From assembly GCA_951406725.2 (NCBI GenBank), contig OX597816.1:120094001-120158000 (forward strand): a stretch of DNA of 64,000 bases, given 5' to 3'. The notes under the pieces are model-generated. The model searched no databases, was not told the DNA's origin, and saw only the letters and a list, made by a program, of their open reading frames with translations. The translations under genes and the position numbers were made by a program. Shown here piece by piece: positions 1-13,309 of the stretch (its first letter is position 1; each line of letters begins with the position of its first letter). The stretch is from Octopus vulgaris. Its lineage: Eukaryota.

Positions 1-667
1 CTATAATTCTTAATTCATATTCTAGCTTACCATTGTACTCATGTAGAACAATATTCTTATTTTTTCAAAGGTATCCAATTTCTATTTGGTTTGTTATTGT
101 TATGGGTCTATTATTTTCTTGTCATTTTGAAAAATTAATATCTTTCTTACAGTTAATTTTATTCAACTTAAACTTCATTTTCAACTCTCCAAAATTTTAT
201 CTAGTTTAATTTTGTTTTTTCTATGTTCTAAGTTGCTTACTCTATTATGATTTTCAACATTTTAGGTACCACTTTCTGTTAGTCCTCATTATTTCTCTAG
301 CATTAATTCTCCTATTGCTTTACAGTTGGTTTTTATCTCTGTTTTGATTACTTACTTTCCCAGTGCACTGGATTGCCGTGGAAATGTGTGTAGGTCTTGA
401 TGAAGAACTGTATAATAAAACTTGGAAGTGCAAATCTCTGTTTTCCTGATCTTGATTAATTTTTATTATTGTTTTAATCTATGGACCTATGGACACTATG
501 CAGTCCTTATAAGGACATTAGGATTTACCAAGTGACAATTTACTGAGTATAATAAATTTTAATTAACATGAGTTTCATCAACATTCACTGTGGCTAGCCA
601 GCATTGATAACTGATAAGAGTGAACATGGTATCTGCTAGGATTATATATCTCCATAAACCGTTTTGG

Positions 668-706
<39 letters not shown>

Positions 707-722
707 TATTTATTCACATACA

Positions 723-1000
723 CACATGATCTGATGAATAAGTATTGAGACTGGTGCTCTAAAAAGAAAACTACAACACATGAACAATTCAGCATTTAAT
801 CTCCTCCAAAGTAGTCTTCTTAAGCCACATACTTTATTCAGCATTGTTTCCATTGATGGAAGCATTTCTGGATCTTTTCTTTTGGAGGATAGCAAGCAGC
901 TACCTTGTTGCATTCTCTTGTATTTCTTCAACATCTTGAAATCTTGTTGGGGTCTTCCACAGTGAAGACTGAGCCTTAGTTTTGGGGATATAGCAATAGA
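723..1000 (-). mobile_element. Mariner-type transposon 3' remnant
   Basis: Reverse strand reads, with stops and frameshifts, RFQDVEEIQENATR*LLAI...KCFHQWKQC*IKYVA*EDYFGGD*, like a mariner transposase C-terminus, followed by a TIR-like end near 723-753. Confidence 0.75.
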
Positions 1001-1115
1001 CCTACAATATATATATATATGTGTGTGTGCGTGTGTGTGCTAACAATGGAAAACTGTCTTCACTAAAAACTGAAAAAGGTATCTTAAACTTGAATTAGTG
1101 ACACACACACACACG

Positions 1116-1168
<53 letters not shown>

Positions 1169-2185
1169 CAATTGCAGCATAGAAGGGGTTTATAAACCAT
1201 TTAAAAACATGCAAAAACCATTAGATTCACTTCAACATTTAGATTTAACTTGTCAAAATACTTTCATTGCTTTGAACCGCGACCTGTTCACTGACAAAAT
1301 ATTAATTCCACTTGAGATCAGCTTTCAGACTAAAATGCCTATTTTATAATTTTTTTCTCTGATACCCATTATCCTTCTTACTATCCAAAACCATTTTACT
1401 TGACATCCATCTTTCATTCTTAATATTGTCCCTCTCCACTCAAATTTTACATTGATCACCCTTCTGTGTCATCAAATTATCTTTCCTTCTCCACCACCAT
1501 ACATCTTTCATTCTCTCCATGTGATACATCTACCTCTATTCACAGTTGCAAGAGTGTGAGAGAAGAAGCAGACGTCCCTTTGTCTCAACTTTCTGCTGTC
1601 CAATCTATTTTTATTACTATTTTGCTGCTCTTCACCCCTTTCTGCATAGTCAATCACACATGCTCCCCCCTTCCTTTCCCTAACTCATATGTATCATCAA
1701 CCACCCTTCACAACATCTAACCCTCAACCCTACCCACTCTGTACAGTCAGTACTTTCTCTTCCCTTCAATGTATAGTTATCATTGACCCTTGTTCTTCAT
1801 TTTTTATATTCACCCCTTCACCTATTCACCCCTTCACCCATTCGTCCATCTCTAATCATTCCTCATTCTTCCCATATATTCTTGCAAACCCATTCATACT
1901 CCTTGCTCTCCTGTCCCTAACTCTACTCACATTGTACAGTGAAAACCCACCCAACATATCTATATTACCACTATTCTATCTCCCTTTTCCATTTTGATTA
2001 CTTTTACCCATTCTTCTATATGAATAACCATGTAGCTCCTGACAACAAGAAACCAATTCTGTTCTGGTCCCTCTTATCACATTCTAATGCCCGTTTGGGG
2101 ACAATATAATAAACTTACCCTTCCCCCTAAAATTGTTGACTTTTTCCAAAATTTGCATTATTGTTGTCATTGTTATTATTATTAT

Positions 2186-2565
2186 ACTCTTTTACTTGTT
2201 TCAGTCATTTGACTGTGGCCATGCTGGAGCACCGCCTTTAGTCGAGCAAATCGACCCCAGAACTTATTCTTTGTAAGCCTAGTATTTATTCTATCGGTCT
2301 CTTTTGCTGAACTGCTAAGTTACGGGGACATATACACACCAGCATCGGTTGTCAAGCAATGTTGGTGGGACGAAACACATACATACATATATATATATAT
2401 ATACGACAGGCTTCTTTCTGTTTCTGTCTACCAAATCCACTCATGAGACTTTGGTTGGCCCGAGGCTAGAGTAGAAGACACTTGCCCAAGGTGCCATGTA
2501 GTGGGACTGAACCCGGAACCAAGTGGCTGGTAAGCAAGCTACTTACCACACAGCCACTCATATGC
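2186..2565 (-). mobile_element. Octopus-type tRNA-derived SINE
   Basis: Head TGGCTGTGTGGTAAG...GGTTCAGTCCC (Pol III A/B boxes), CCTTGGGCAAGTGTCTT core, internal (TA/CA) microsatellite, ...GAAACAAGTAAAAGAG tail; similar copies at 30272 and 62410. Confidence 0.9.
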
Positions 2566-4554
2566 CTATTATTATTATTATTGATATAATGCCTAAAAAA
2601 TACTTTACTATATCAAAGGGAAATAGTTTCAGCAGGAAATTGAAATCATGTAATTTTTTATTTACTGTCATATAATGAATATAAAGACATGGAGAATATA
2701 ATAACTAAACTTGTGAATGGGAAACATTGTTCAAGTACAAACATTTGCAAATCGAAATATTAAAAATGTAGAGAAATAAAAGAAAACAAAAACAAACATA
2801 GATGTTTGAGAGTAGATTAAAGGAGTCAACTTGAAATACTTCCAATAGCTTTAACCCCATGTGTACAATACAATGCAGTTTACTAAGGACAAGCTATATA
2901 ATATGTGTATAAAATAATGATGTAGCTAATTCCAAATTCATGTCAATACTTACTCAAAATCAATTGCATATCACTTATGAAATATGCAAAGAAAACACAA
3001 CAATAATAATAAAACCATAACTATAACAATAAAAACATTATTATTATTAGATTTTATCAACATGTATATGACAAACATTTCACATGGAAACCAGTTTGAC
3101 TGTAGTAAGTGGCACCTCATAATTAGCTACTTTTGATATTGATTTGTCTACTTAGTTCTCTTGTTTGTAGATAAATCATTAGCTTTAATAAGTTCATATA
3201 GTAAACATGACTATGATTTTTCATCCCTGAAACAATTGTCAAACTTGCCAACCAGTTTGGAATTTATGAAAAGTCAAATACTTATAATAAGTATCATAAA
3301 TGCAACTCAAAAGCAAGACATTAATTTATCTATTAATCTCAAATAAAATAGCAACAAGTTCAAGATGCTTGGCTATAAAACAGCTGATTATTGTTTTAAG
3401 AATTCTTCAGAGGAGTGTAAATTCTATAACCTGTCTGCCAGTTACTATAAATGGGGAAAAGTGTTAATTTCTAAAGAATACATTTCCTCATTATCTTTAA
3501 ATTTTCAAAAAATTTTGCAGTAAAGTTTTGATAAATTTTGTTGAAAATTTTTCTAGTAAAATAGTAAGGTCACTTTTAAAAATGTCAATAGTTTGTATTA
3601 ATCTAAAATAGCAATATATCTTCATAAGATTTGGTTGAAAGAATAGAGGTTCATATGAACAGAATTTATCTGAGGGCATTTCAAAGAGAGTACCAGTTTC
3701 AACACTGGCTGTATCCCAAAAGTTTTGATTGGAGTCAAACCTTTCTCTGGGATCATATTACATACTGATAAATTTAAGTTGTATGAACACCACTTCAAAA
3801 CATCCATTTTGTTACCTTCAATATGAATCTACAGGCAATAAGCAAATATTTATAAAAATAGCTCATGATAGACAAAGCGATGGAATTAGTAATGAAATTA
3901 ATCATAACATGAAGTCAAGACTCATAAATAGATTAAATTAGGATTATGAGAGTATTGGTTCAGTCATTTCAAATTGGTTAAATTATGCAACTAAATTTTT
4001 GATAGTTTTTGTAAATCGCTAATAAACATGATGGATCCTTTGCTATGCTGTTGTTGACAAACTTGATTATAAATAGGATTATAAAATGAAATAGACTTAG
4101 TAGTGAAAAGATTAGAGAAAATTTCATTGATGCGGAAATTATGACAGGAAGTAATATAAAAGAATGCATTTTTATTCTCAGTACTAATTTAGAACTATGT
4201 GATCCAACACAGACAATTTCCTCTAATTTCTATATTTGTAAACCACGATCAATTTATTCTCAGAGTCAGTATTAGTGCAGCTTTATATTTTGCAGTCATG
4301 CTACAATATAAAAAATCAATGTTTATAGTGTAATCTAAACAAAATTACACAACTACAACAGTAAGGAAACAATTATTATTATTACTGCTGCTTTTGATTC
4401 ATCTGAGCAAAATAGTTTACTGTAATTATTTTACCAAATTTAAATATTTTTCTTTCATATAATCATCTTTGGTAGGCTATCAGCTAGATCCCTCACTCTC
4501 TATCACTTGCTTTCTTTCACTCTTTCACACATACATACATAAACTTGCTTATGT

Positions 4555-6100
4555 TTGTCCATTAAATTTGATGATGGACATCTTCAACAAGTTTTTGTTG
4601 ATTGTAAATCCAAATTTTTAATGCAAAGTTTTGGTTGAAGGCAGGATATGTGAGTATTAGTTGGAGTGGCTAAATACTAATTTGCATGCCTCTTTTCTAA
4701 CTTCTCTTGGGCACATTGAGTGCATTTCTCCCTCCTCCACATCTTCAATGAAAAGTCCATAATGAATAGTTGATTTTACTTCTTTGGCCAGGCAATAACC
4801 AAGATGTAGCTGAGCACATTACAGGTTTGAGCCATCTCAGCTGATACCTGTACAATATATATTTAATACTGCTTGTATTGGCTCAAAGGAGATTTCTGTG
4901 TGTATACTCCGATCACTCCAAGAAACAGAAAGTCTCCTAAAAAGATTGGATGTTAAAGCCTCAAGGGTCTAATATCAACTGTATGTAATCACACTCACAC
5001 AAGAAGGTATAAACACATATTACCAGATAGATGAGAATCTTGGCATGAAGATTGAAATGGTCATATTAGAAAGATACTATATTTGCACCTCTTAACAGTT
5101 ACAGAGACCTGTCTGAGATAGTTTGTAATCTGCTCCAATCTGCAGTCATATTGGGAAGGTCTGATTAGTTGTTGTTGCTGTACTAAGTAAATGGGGAAGA
5201 AAGAAAGTGGTGTGGTGTGCCATTGAGGGATAACCTATTTCCTTGGTTTTAAATGTTAGGCCCTTCTTTTAAAGAGCTGTAAGAGCTGTTGAAATAGTGA
5301 CTCCAGGGCTTCTGGAGAGCAAGTTGCCAGAGTATAGTTATCAGTATTCTGTAGTTTGATGATCTGTTTGTGTCTAGGCTCAGTGTTGACTTACAGCTGT
5401 TGGACAACACAAGGATGCTTATCAAATCAAAAGTTTATAGTGACTTCTGCCTCCCTTTCCCACAGAAGTTTTCTGCTGACTGTATCAAAGACCTTTGAAA
5501 TATAGGTGTTTTGTCAAGATGGGCATTTAACAAAATTTCTCCATCACTGCCAGATCCACAGATTTAGGCTGGGTTAAGATTTGGTTAAAGAATTTGCCCC
5601 AACATTACACAACTGCCTACTGACTTTTCAATAGAGATGTGTCATCTGATGACTTGAGTGGTGCTAGGGAATAATTTCAGGGGGTCATAAAATGCTTTTT
5701 TATTTTTCATCCTAGAAATTTTGCATTTCTGCATTCAAATGAATTTCTTAAGCTTTTAAATCTACCATTCATTTCTTTTGAAAAGCTTATCATTGCTGTT
5801 TTTGAGTGTGTGATGTGGGATTATTTAGAGTTGCTCTGTGGGCCTTGGGTATATCATTCAGGAGCTTACTAATTCTGCTGGACTTTTCACTGAATCAATC
5901 TTGGCATTTTTGTCTCTTGAATCAAATCGTTTTGGCAGAAATCTAGTGTGGGAGGTTCATTTGTCATTTGTTAGTTTCTGAAGTTAGGAGTGTCTCTGAA
6001 GCCTTTTGTTTGATAATTGGTGAGTGAGGGTAGATTTTACAAATACTGGGGTTTTTGAGCTTGCAGTAACACACCCATGCATGTGCATGAGAGGCAAAAT
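4555..6100 (-). mobile_element. Highly degraded RTE (BovB-like) LINE
   Basis: Reverse strand SKVFDTVSRKLLW near 5460-5500 (RT KAFDTV motif) and an RTE-like 3' end CATCATCAAATTTAATGGACAA; many stops; 5' boundary uncertain. Confidence 0.6.
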
Positions 6101-6365
6101 TTAGAGCTTTGGCTTTGCAATTGCTACTGAGGCAAGTTCAACAAGATACATATTCTACTTCACTTTTTATCAGTTTGCCTGATTAACTGCACATGTACTC
6201 TTTATTGTTGAATGGTTAAGATAGAATATGTAGGAGTACTGAAACTGAAGATAAAACCTGGACCTGTAAAATAATGTGATTAGTAGACCAATATAAGCAT
6301 TGGACTACAAAAGAAATGACTATTAAAAATTTATCAACTTTATGAACAGTAATAGGTTTTTATGG

Positions 6366-6367
<2 letters not shown>

Positions 6368-6416
<49 letters not shown>
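6368..6416. repeat. (CA)n microsatellite
   Basis: Perfect AC dinucleotide run of ~49 bp. Confidence 0.98.
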
Positions 6417-6423
<7 letters not shown>

Positions 6424-7675
6424 CTGTAAAGTGGTTGTCAAGCGAGCAGAGTTGTTGAGTCAAGAGCACCTTTTAACCTTGTCAAAGATATGCCAACCTC
6501 TATAGTGCTGGTATGATGATAAAAGGCACCCACTACACTCTGTAAAGTGTAAAGAGGGATTAGGAGGACCCTTTAGTTTTGTTGAGAACATGACAACTTC
6601 TTCAGTGCTGATACCACAATTTAATATATGCAGTAAACCCTATAAAGTAGTTGGGTTAGAAAGAGCATCTAGTCATAAAAATCAAGTCAAAAATAAAACA
6701 TACAAGTTAGATGTGGTCCTTTGATTCATCTAGGAGAACAGTGACTCAAAAATAAGAAGTGACATGAACTAGATTGATCTTTTCAATTTCTGCCAACATG
6801 AAAAGCAAGCATAAAATGATGATGATGAAAATGATATATATCTAAAGCATGGATTAATGATAAGAAGCTCCCCACCCCTGCTCGACGAGTGTTGATGTAT
6901 TTATGTCTATGTAACTTTGCAGTTCAGCAAAAGGGACCAATAGAATAAGTACTAGGCTTTAAAAAAAATAAGTCCTGAGGGCAATAGTCAAATGACTGAA
7001 ACAAGTAAAACATAAAAGATAAAATACTAATTTTGTTACATTGTTATGGCCTGTATCACATAAGTAAAAGACTTATGGAATCTTATTTTTATTAAGTGGG
7101 TCATTATAATTACCATTATTATGTAATTTAAAAAATATTTTGTGCTCCAATAAATGATACCATAGATTTAATCTGGAGATTATGGATATTAATGTTTTTT
7201 CTGAAAGATCAGAACTTTGTATCAAAAATACAATAGAAGGCAAAAGAGAAAATGAAAAATCTATTGAAAATATTCTAATAAGCTGGTGTTATTGAAAAGA
7301 AAGATTGATTTTTATTCAAAATTGCAGGGGATAAAATATATTGATTTCACACTCAAGCACATTTTGGGAAAGGGTGAATATAATTATTAACTAAGCTTAA
7401 GTATGCAAAAATGAAAATTAAATTCATCTGTAAAAATCATTATTCTTATTTGATAAAGTATTTTAATCCATTGTTTGCATACATTACATATGGGTTATCA
7501 ATATAATTTGCCTAATTATAGTTTCTGTAAATGGTACATTTAATTTATGAAAAGGATAAGTGAAAGAATATATTACATCTTTAAGCATATCTATTTTTGA
7601 GATTGTTAATTTTCAACATGTAAGTTGTAAAATATAAAATTGCAAAATGGTTTATAATATCACTCACTCTCAGGG

Positions 7676-7836
7676 CAGTGACGTAGCATGAGTTTTTGTT
7701 GACCTGTGTGGTAACTAAATTTGCCACCTGCTTCTCTTTCTTAAACATAACATAACTTCATCTTGTCGGTTCCCCCTACTGCAAAGAGGCAACTCTGTGT
7801 GATCTGGACACCCATAACCCACATGCTATGCCATTT
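7676..7836. mobile_element. Degenerate MITE, possibly hAT-like
   Basis: Imperfect terminal inverted repeats CAGTGACGTAGCATG / CATGCTATGCCATTT. Confidence 0.4.
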
Positions 7837-10800
7837 CTTTAAGGTTAGCCAGCCTATGAGTCTCATCCTAACTTTAGGTTACACATCTAAATGTTAGGAT
7901 TTTAACTTCAGTGGAGAATATGGAAAAAATGAAAACTGTAAATATTTCCACAAATAGGATTTTATGCAAAGATAAGATAATAAATATTATCCAAAGAAAG
8001 TCCCAAGAATTTGACTTTTAAGGTACCAAAAAATTTGTGAAACAAAACGTTTCTGAATTAGCTATATGCAACTATCAATCTTCATACACAAATATCTATA
8101 CTGCACTATTTTACTTATTCTGTTACATACTGTTTTTAATTAAGGAAATAATAACATGACAATCAATACACCAATATCTCTCTCACATACACACATATGT
8201 ATATGTGTATTCATCAGAATTATCACATTGTAATGTGATGTTCCAAGCATGTTAAAATTATTGAAGCATTTGATACTGCAGTAGATATGATAAAATATAT
8301 TTGCATCTTAGAACATCATAGAGGCAGCTTGTAATATATAATTTGATACCGATAATTCTATCAAATTAAGAACATAAGAAATAACATGCAGAATCTGAAC
8401 TTTATCAGCTAAAATAATCTATATAAGCAATATATTGTTATTGATATGAGTAAATAAAAATTGTTTTTCTTTTTTTGTTTTGAGAGTAACAAATAAATAT
8501 TACAATACAATACAAATAAATATAATACCAACATCACACAAATGTATGAACATACATTGGGGTATGGCATAAAGTTGTATAATTATTTATTTTTACTGTT
8601 TTATCATGCTTACATGCTTGGGATGGTTTTCATTGTTAATCCCTCATCTGTAATGTGAGAAGTAGAACCTATTGAGCCAAAGAGGGACTCTTTTTACATA
8701 GTCACATGAGTTTCTAGAAATAGCAACTAAAATTTCTTCAAAAATTTATGCAACAGATTTTTTTTTTAAAGGAGAGTTCTATTAGATAATGAAGTTCTGG
8801 ATATACTATGCCTAAAAAATGTGCCTGAATAAAAAACGAGATGGTTAAGGCTAGAGCAACTGACAAGGGCCTAAACAGCATTGACAAATGGAATGTTTAG
8901 ATAGGGAAACTGAAGCAAGCAGAGTTATGTGTCTTACTGAATGCACAAAAACAATTAACATTTAATGATAAATGTGAATATAAAATATTAAAGAAAAATA
9001 AATAGAGAAATAAAATTTACATAACAGTTGCTTTCAGTTTCATTTATAATCTAACTACTTAACAACTAATAAAACAACAAAAACCAATTCCAGTGAAATC
9101 TCTCTCAGATTACTAAACAGCTGTATAGCACAACACATTTACAGCCTATGGAATATTCTAACTACAAGATTTCAAACCATTCACTTCCCCCTTATAACTT
9201 AAAGGTACTCTATGTTTATTAAGCTACATAATACAGACATTACACAACTTATTCTACATCAACAACCATGAAATCTGGTTGAGAAAAAAAGCAACAAAAG
9301 ATACCAACTAAAAGTAGTAACTATCAAATCTACCATTACCCTTCTTACCACCAGCACCAAAGAACTTTGGATAGATCCAATCAGCGATTACACTTGTGAT
9401 TTTAGTTTTGATTATGTGATTTTGATTGTCTCAGTTGCTGTTATATGCCTGCAGTACGACTGCACAGAGTTCTGTTCTGTTTGCATACGACATGTTCAGC
9501 ATTGATTTTAGTTAGTCGAGAATGTAGCAACTCGCTGTATAAAAATGTTATTGCGTTGAAGTTTGGTTTTGCTTACAATTTTAGCAATCTTTATTTGTAT
9601 TGTATATTGCAACAACATAAGCATAGCATATACACATAGATGACATGACAAAATACTAGAAATTTATTCACAAAATTCTCAGTATGCATGAAATATAAAG
9701 ACAGCAAACTGATACACTTGGTCAACATAAAGTGATAAAAAATGTGAACAAACATTTTATCAAATCAATCATGGATTATGCTACTCTTATCTTGGTTCAC
9801 ACCCTCTTCCCAATAAACTATAACAAAACAGTGGGCACATACAAACCACACTAACTATACAATGAAATACTAAGTTATAAATGAAAGACTACCAAGACCA
9901 GCACTAACTGCACAGAAAGCATTACAATTCATGCAGAAGCTAACAATACACTCAAACACCCAAACAGATCTACAACACCATATCACACTATTACGACATT
10001 AGCAGAAGTACAGTAAATTGCTCACTGAGTCTGGATAAATACTCACACATTAATACACACATACACATAAAAAAAAACCCACAAAGAAAACAAAATAACA
10101 GCAGCATCAATAACCTCATTAACTCCAAGCCAATGAAAGAGCTTCTATGCAGATGCTCAATTTGCTACAGATAGCAGCCAAATCTCCTTCAAGTCACACT
10201 CTGTCACCTTAAAATAAAAGAGATAACACTTTGCATAACGTGCACTATGTTGGATAAAAGAAGGGAAGGTCACAGCTGGAATAATTCAGATCATAGGTTT
10301 ACTCATTCAAACTGATCTGGGACTAAATAATAATTATCAATTCAAATGCTGTGCTGGAATACACACAACCAGAGATAAATGTAGGACAACATCAGTCATG
10401 GTTGACCATGTGCATCTTGCCTTTTTTTACTGCAACTACTACAAGAGCATAGAAGCATGCAGAAAAGGCTTGGAAAGTGGAAGAAACAAAACTTACTAAA
10501 ACAGCTGTATTGTATTTAATGTAATAAACTAAGGCATATTGGAGAGTGCAGTATAGTTCTTTATAAGGTGAAGGCATGGTGGAACTGTAAATACCACTCA
10601 GTCATTTGACCAATTAACTACATGCCATAAGTCTGTTTGATCAGTACTATATGTCAAGAAGACCCAAACATTTTAGGGTGGTTGGGTGAAATGAGAAGCT
10701 TTGACACGTTTAGCTTAAAATAGTTTCAACAATGAATCAATCTGGATTGTGACTAACAACACTTATAGGTTCAAAATTATCTAGAGGTTTGAGGAAAGAA

Positions 10801-11051
10801 AAATCTTTTAGCTAGATATAATACCTGTGTTAATACAATGTTAAGTTTAGCATGCAAGTAGTAATAATTGATTGTATTAACACCAGTGTATAATTGAGAG
10901 TAATTTTGTTAGTCTTGGATGGAGGAAAGCTGGTGTCAACTTAGGTATGATATAAATCCAGAATTTAGAATGACAAAATATTGTAAAGCATTTAGACGAT
11001 GACGATGATGACACCGCCGCCAACAATAATAATAATAATAATAATAATAAA

Positions 11052-11588
11052 TGCCCTGATGCAGTACCAGGTATTGGCTCTCATGGCTTCTGATCTTAAC
11101 TGATTGGATGTGTTATCTGGTACATGTTTTGTCTTGGTATAAAAGATGAGCTACAACAAATATTCTGCTCAATACTACAGATTTACTTGTCAGTTTTTTG
11201 AGCAGGTCCCTTGGTGGCTGACAATATGTGCAGCTCTGATCATGAGCAGAGATAGTGGAAGAGCATCATAGCCATGTGTTGAGAGGAATTCTTTGTGGTT
11301 TGAATAGTTCACCTCTAGAAACATGGGTGTTTCATTCATCATTAAACAAACCTTATTCAGGGACCTTTTGAGTGGATGGGCTACTCAACCAGAAGAAAAT
11401 TCTTACTTGGCCCCAACTGCAAGATCATGTGCTGTTTATCTTTATGTAAGATCACCATGTTGCACACATATGGTTGTGATGTATGTGCCTGGTGTACTCT
11501 TATCAGACAGGTAGTCATGATGGGTATATAGGGCTTCAAATACTTGCATCCCAATGTTACTTTGATGGCATGTGCTGCTCTCTCACTC
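11052..11588. mobile_element. Interspersed repeat inserted in an (AAT)n tract
   Basis: ~540 bp complex sequence sharply bounded by (AAT)n on both sides; resembles a common Octopus repeat; class not determined. Confidence 0.55.
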
Positions 11589-11603
11589 AATAATAATAAT
11601 AAT

Positions 11604-12094
11604 AGTTTCAATTTTTGGCACAAGGCCAGCATTTTTGACTCCAGTGCTCAATTGGTACTCATTTTATCAATCTCAGAAGAATGAAAGACAAAATCAACCT
11701 TGATGGGATACGAACGAACGAACGAACGGACGAACGAATGAACAAACGAACCAACCAACTAACCAACCAACAACAACAATTCTTTCTATTATAGACACAA
11801 GGCCTCAAATTTTGGGGGAGGCATTAGTCGATTACATCAACCCCAGTGCTTAACTGGTACTTATTCTATTGAAGGATGAAAGGCAAAGTCGACCTTGGTG
11901 GGATATGAACTCAGAACAACCACAATAATAATAATAATAATAATTCTTTCTATAATAGGTACAAGGCCCTGGAAGTTTTGAGGTGAGGGGGCTAGTCGAT
12001 TACATTGATCCCAATGTTCAACTGATACTTATTCTATTAGCCCTGGAAGATGAAAGGCAAAGTCAACCTTAGTAGCAAAGTCTACTTCAGTGAC

Positions 12095-12134
<40 letters not shown>

Positions 12135-13026
12135 TAATAATAATAACATTGGTTTCAAATTTTGGCACAAGGCTAGTAAGTTTGGGGGAAAATTGACCCC
12201 AGTGCTCAACTGGTGCTTATTTTATCAACCCTGAAAAGATGAAAGTTTAAGTTGATCACTGTGGTATTTGAACTCAGAACCTAAAGATGGATGAAATGCC
12301 ACTAAACATTTTGCCAGGCATGCTAATGTTCCTACCAACTTGCTGCCTTAATAATAATAATTCTGAAATTTTGGGGTTGGGGGCTAACGATTATATTGAC
12401 CCCAGTACATAATTGGTAGTTATTTTATGGACCTTAAAAGGATGAAAGATAATGTGGACCTTGGCAGAATTTGAACTCAGAATGTTAAGATGGCTGAAAT
12501 GCTGCTAAGCATTTTGTCTGCCAGGCAAACGATTCCTTCAGCTCTCTGCCTAAGCAATAATAATAATAATCCTTTATACTATAGGCATAAGACCTGCAAT
12601 TTTGGGAGCGGGGACTAGTCAATTACATCAACCTCAGTGTTTCACTGGTACTTAATTTACTGACCCCAAAAGGATGAAAGGCAAAGTTGACCTCGGTGGA
12701 ATTTGAACTCAAAACATAGCTTCAGGTGAAATAGTGCTAAGCATTTCACCTAGCATTCTATTGATTTTGCCAGCTCACTGTCTTAATAATAATAACAATG
12801 AAGAATAATAATGGTTTCAAATTCTATCACAAGGACAGCAGTTTTGGTGGAGGGGATGAGTTGTTTACATTGACTCTAGTGTTCAACTGGTACTTATTTT
12901 ATCGACTCCAAAAGGATGAAAGGTAAAGTTGACCTTGGTAGAATTTGAACTCAGAACATAGTGACAGGCGAAATACTGCTACGCATTTCATCTTGTGAGC
13001 TAATGATTCTGCCAGATCACTGCCTT
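11604..13026 (-). mobile_element. Stack of 7 head-to-tail SINE copies (Meta/MESC-domain-like) separated by (AAT)n
   Basis: Repeated consensus core ACTGGTACTTATTTTATCGACCCCxAAAGGATGAAAGGCAAAGTCGACC and B-box-like TTTGAACTC; copies start near 11604, 11780, 11945, 12149, 12362, 12570 and 12812. Confidence 0.88.
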
Positions 13027-13203
13027 ATAATGAAGAATAATAATATGTAACATCCTGCTGTTTTCTTGCTCAGTAGCAAAAACAACAAGAATAGTAAAAT
13101 ACAGACCAAATTTGAGATTTCTGGCAGTGAAAACCCAATTATGAAAAACATACAAAATGCACTATTTTTATCTTCAATATTACTTCAAAGATAATGGCTT
13201 CAA

Positions 13204-13309
13204 CACCAAAGAGAATGTCACTAAAGCAAATGTTACCAAAAAGAATGTCACCAAAGCAAAAATCACTGAAGAGAATGTCATCAAAGAGAATGTTAACAAA
13301 GAGGACATC
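13204..13309 (+). repeat. 15-bp minisatellite, ~7 copies
   Basis: Consensus ACCAAAGAGAATGTC repeated with substitutions. Confidence 0.85.

Noticed and set aside
1340-2040. Pyrimidine-rich stretch with overlapping ORFs
   Set aside because: Low-complexity C/T-biased sequence that lacks stops by composition; no coding signature
3480-4200. Possible decayed Penelope-like RT C-terminus on the - strand
   Set aside because: Only vague compositional similarity; no diagnostic motif could be read
6100-6280. Minus-strand splice-acceptor-like site (ttattttacag) near 6265
   Set aside because: Downstream frames soon hit stops and run into a decayed RTE; no epimerase similarity
11604-13026. Repeat-spacer appearance suggesting a CRISPR-like array
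   Set aside because: Units are 110-220 bp SINE copies with microsatellite spacers in a eukaryotic intron, with no cas genes
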